Shown one piece after another: positions 61,543-64,000 of a stretch of DNA of 64,000 nucleotides. Origin of the DNA: Macrostomum lignano (lineage: Eukaryota). Below the pieces are notes generated by a model. The model searched no databases. It had not been told where the DNA came from and saw only the letters and a list, made by a program, of their open reading frames with translations. Numbering within the stretch: the stretch's first letter is position 1; each line of letters opens with the position of its first letter. The translations under genes and the position numbers were made by a program. The stretch covers positions 28,643 to 92,642 of the forward strand of contig NIVC01003531.1 of assembly GCA_002269645.1 (NCBI GenBank), in the 5' to 3' direction.

Positions 61543-62368
61543 ATGAGCAATCATGCGACGCATGCGAACCAAAGGTTCGATCGACGAAGTCCGCGTTCCT
61601 TCGAACGATCAATTAGTATTTGAAGGAGGATTTTAGATGTTCAAAAAGGATTAACAAGCTTACCACCAATATTTACTACTGGGAGGTATACGGGTGAGCT
61701 ACACCTACCATCAATGAACTTCACAGGTTATCCCGTGGCCTGAGTGAGGAAGGCAATGTCCTTGCTAGTCACTATTTGTGGCGACATCTCCAAATTGCGT
61801 GAAACCCGTCATACAGCTTCAAGTACCACTTCAATTGAGAAATCTTTTGAAGGAACAGAGGTAACTCCTCTTCCCAAAGGTAAAAAGCTTGAAGACATGG
61901 TGGCAATGCGCAGCCAAGCTCCTAAGTATTTTAAATATAAGGAGAAGGTTCAGAGAGCAGACGGAGATGGGCGGTAATTATCGCCGCTTAAGGTGTGCTC
62001 CAGCCTCTTTCGAAAGATTGAGGGTAAACTACCCGGCACTCGCTTAGATTTGAGATTAAATCCTGACAATACTCCAAAATCTGATTCAATTCCAATAAAT
62101 GGGATTGATTGGTTAGCATACTATCACGACTTAGCATATAGAGATGCTGACAAGAACCCGCCGAGGAAGCATTAAGATTAAAACATGAAGCCGATCAAAA
62201 AATGATTCAAGGATTAGATAACTTGCAGGGATTATCGGTAGGTCAAAGATTAACTAGGTGGATGGTTAAAAAGATTTGCAGTCTAAAGTTAAATTTGGTT
62301 TGGGAATTAATTATAATCAACATGGAAATAATTGTGTCGAGTGTTTATTATTAAGTGGTTGTTGTTAA
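61543..62368 (+). CDS. parvovirus-type phospholipase A2 protein (PLA2X-like), interrupted by a group I intron (exons 61543-61728, 62032-62368), with frame breaks
   Basis: Spliced sequence reads GELHLPSMNFTG|PGT..PINGIDWLAYYHDLAY: Ca-binding GPG loop and catalytic HD..Y. Confidence 0.85.
61729..62031 (+). ncRNA. group I intron, subgroup IC1-like, ORF-less, 303 nt
   Basis: P1 CAGGU/GCCUG with U.G at the 5' splice site; P3 CATCTCC/GGAGATG; P AAATTGCGTGAA and Q AATGCGCAGC; P5abc with GAAA tetraloop and A-rich bulge; P7 G(A)GAGCA/TGCTCC; P8; P9.0 AG/CT. Confidence 0.9.
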
Positions 62369-62379
62369 GTGGGGAGGTT

Positions 62380-63178
62380 ATGTTCATGATTCTTCATAAA
62401 GAATATCGAAAACCTAAATTTTATAGAAAAATCATGAACTTCAAAAAGAATGAAATTTGGTATGCTGATTTAATGTCGATGCCGAACGAAAGAGGATATA
62501 AATATATCTTAACCATATTAGATGGTTTTACTCGATACGCGTGGGCTGTTCCTTTAAAATCCAAAAAGGGAGAGGAGGTTGCTGCTGCTTTTAGAAGTCT
62601 TGGAGAAAAAAGCGAAAGTTGTGTGTTGATGAAGGAAAAGAATTTTACAATCCTCATATGTATAAATTGTATCATTTTGAAAAAGGAAAAGAAAGGAAAA
62701 AAGACGCGAATGGGGAGTATATTAATAAAATTTATTCTATTTATGGAGAGAGTAAAAACGCATTAATAGAAAGATTTAATCGAACTTTAGGTAAGAAATT
62801 ATGGTTTCAGTTTAGTCTTAATGGTAACCAAAAGTGGGTAAAAATATTACCAGACGTAGTGAAAGATTATAACAATTCATATCATTCGGCGATAAAGATG
62901 ACTCCTCAACAAGCTTATAACAATCCTGAAAACGTTAAAGTTACTTTTGGAAAATTTGAAAAAAATAAAAAGAAATCTTTTAAGGTTGGTGATTCTGTTT
63001 ATATCTATAAATGGAAAGATAAGTTTGAAAAGGAAGAAAAGGATATTGGAAGATAAGTGAGAAATTTACTATCAGTAAAGTTTTAAATACCAATCCTACA
63101 ACCTATATAATTGCTGATAAGGACGGTGAAGAAATATTGGGTTCGTTTTATGAGAACCAACTAATATCAGCGAACTAA
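62380..63178 (+). CDS. retroviral-like (rve) integrase, two frame breaks
   Basis: WYADL..YKYILTILDGFTRYAWAVPLKSK, VDEGKEF, IERFNRTL, YNNSYHSAIKMTP, FKVGDSV. Confidence 0.95.
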
Positions 63179-63217
63179 GTTCGAAAAGTTACTTGAGACA
63201 ACATGGTAGTAAATTTT

Positions 63218-63412
63218 TTATACAAACAAAAACAATATTATTACTATAATTGTTACTAATATTATTATTGACATTTGTTCAACTGTTATCAAACTTAAAT
63301 TTTCATTAAGTTCATTAATTGGAACATTTCCGATGTAGGAATAGTTTACCTTCATTTTTTTATATATATTTTTCACAATAAATGTCGTTTCTGTTATAGA
63401 ATAATAGTTCAT
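63218..63412 (-). CDS. small protein with a C-terminal TM helix
   Basis: 64 aa ending MSIIILVTIIVIILFLFV. Confidence 0.5.
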   Translation of the reverse strand: MNYYSITETTFIVKNIYKKMKVNYSYIGNVPINELNENLSLITVEQMSIIILVTIIVIILFLFV

Positions 63413-63428
63413 TTTTTAAATATTTTTT

Positions 63429-63743
63429 TCACATAAAAATTTCACTTTCATTCTCTGAATCGCTGGTTTCATATGAACTATTTGTTGATTCGGAATCTGT
63501 TGATCTAACCTCCCAATCATCCGAATTTAAATAATCTCCAAGTTGAAATATTAACTCACCCTCTTGTTCTAAATCATACATCTCATCTAGCTCTAATGGA
63601 TAAAGTTTTAGGTCGTGCTTGTCGTCATATTTTAAATAAACTTCATCAATTATTCCATTCAAAATATGTTGTTTTATTATCTCTGCATTTTTAGCAACAG
63701 TCTCAAAAGTATCACTAACAGAAAAGGTGTAAACTCGGGTCAT
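63429..63743 (-). CDS. hypothetical acidic protein, 104 aa
   Basis: AAAAATG start; Ser/Glu/Asp-rich tail. Confidence 0.55.
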   Translation of the reverse strand: MTRVYTFSVSDTFETVAKNAEIIKQHILNGIIDEVYLKYDDKHDLKLYPLELDEMYDLEQEGELIFQLGDYLNSDDWEVRSTDSESTNSSYETSDSENESEIFM

Positions 63744-63762
63744 TTTTAGTAACAGAAAAAGA

Positions 63763-64000
63763 CCTTCGCGCCTGCGGCGCGGGCAAGGGGTTATAGAGTA
63801 GTAGTATAGAAAAGACGCTTCTAGATCAGACCTTATTTTAATGGCCGTTTGTAAGGTCTTAAGAGGGGGGACGCGAGGGGGGTGTTGGGGAGTGTTTGGA
63901 AGTGTTGGGAAGTGATTTTTATTGTTAGGGGTGATTATGGGTGATTAGATGTTTTAAGGTGTTTAGATGTGTTTTTTTATTTACCCCCCGTGTCCCCCTC
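63763..64000 (-). repeat. right TIR (truncated by the window end)
   Basis: Reverse complement of 44872-45113. Confidence 0.95.

Larger units (their letters stand above)
44808..64000. mobile_element. Polinton/Maverick (adintovirus-like endogenous dsDNA virus), ~19.3 kb; right terminus lies just beyond the window
   Basis: TIR 44872-45113 matches 63763-64000 in reverse; AGTAGT start at 44808; pPolB, INT, ATPase, PRO, MCP and mCP all present; AT-rich compared with host exons. Confidence 0.97.

Noticed and set aside
62022-62031. Alternative 3' splice site at G62022, giving FTG-GKL-PGT
   Set aside because: It falls inside the P9 stem, ignores P9.0 and disrupts the conserved GPG loop
61729-62031. 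Spliceosomal or group II interpretation of the PLA2 insert
   Set aside because: No GT-AG or GUGYG-AY ends at the frame-restoring boundaries; group I core helices are present
44808-64000. Bacterial prophage or linear plasmid contamination
   Set aside because: The gene set (pPolB, rve integrase, adenain, DJR capsid, A32 ATPase) is diagnostic of Polintons, and starts have AAAAATG contexts rather than Shine-Dalgarno motifs; a chimeric join still needs read-level checking

Overview
Eukaryotic (animal) genomic DNA; GC-rich exons with minisatellite-filled introns suggest a Macrostomum-like flatworm, but this is an unverified inference. 1-21.4 kb: two convergent spliced host genes, a ~590-aa ankyrin-repeat gene (+, 3 exons) and condensin I subunit CAP-D2/NCAPD2 (-, 11 exons, ~1481 aa), with a different minisatellite in almost every intron. 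25.0-35.7 kb: an old, stop-riddled Ty3/Gypsy element with nested 8-bp-TSD MITEs. 37.2-41.7 kb: a young, intact Gypsy element. 44.8 kb to the window end: a near-complete AT-rich Polinton/Maverick (adintovirus-like) with TIRs, pPolB, ATPase, protease, major and minor capsid proteins and integrase. The most notable observations are inside the Polinton: (1) a 303-nt IC1-type group I intron splitting the G|PGT motif of a parvovirus-like PLA2 gene, just downstream of a free-standing HNH nuclease gene; (2) a family of 28-bp double-hairpin elements with covarying stems and AT flanks (28+2=30 nt), inserted inside pPolB, ATPase and PLA2; (3) a fibre-like protein with discoidin and legume-lectin domains. 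Most Polinton frameshifts I could resolve are single-base losses in homopolymer runs, so they may be assembly errors. All calls come from reading the sequence; no searches or folding programs were run.
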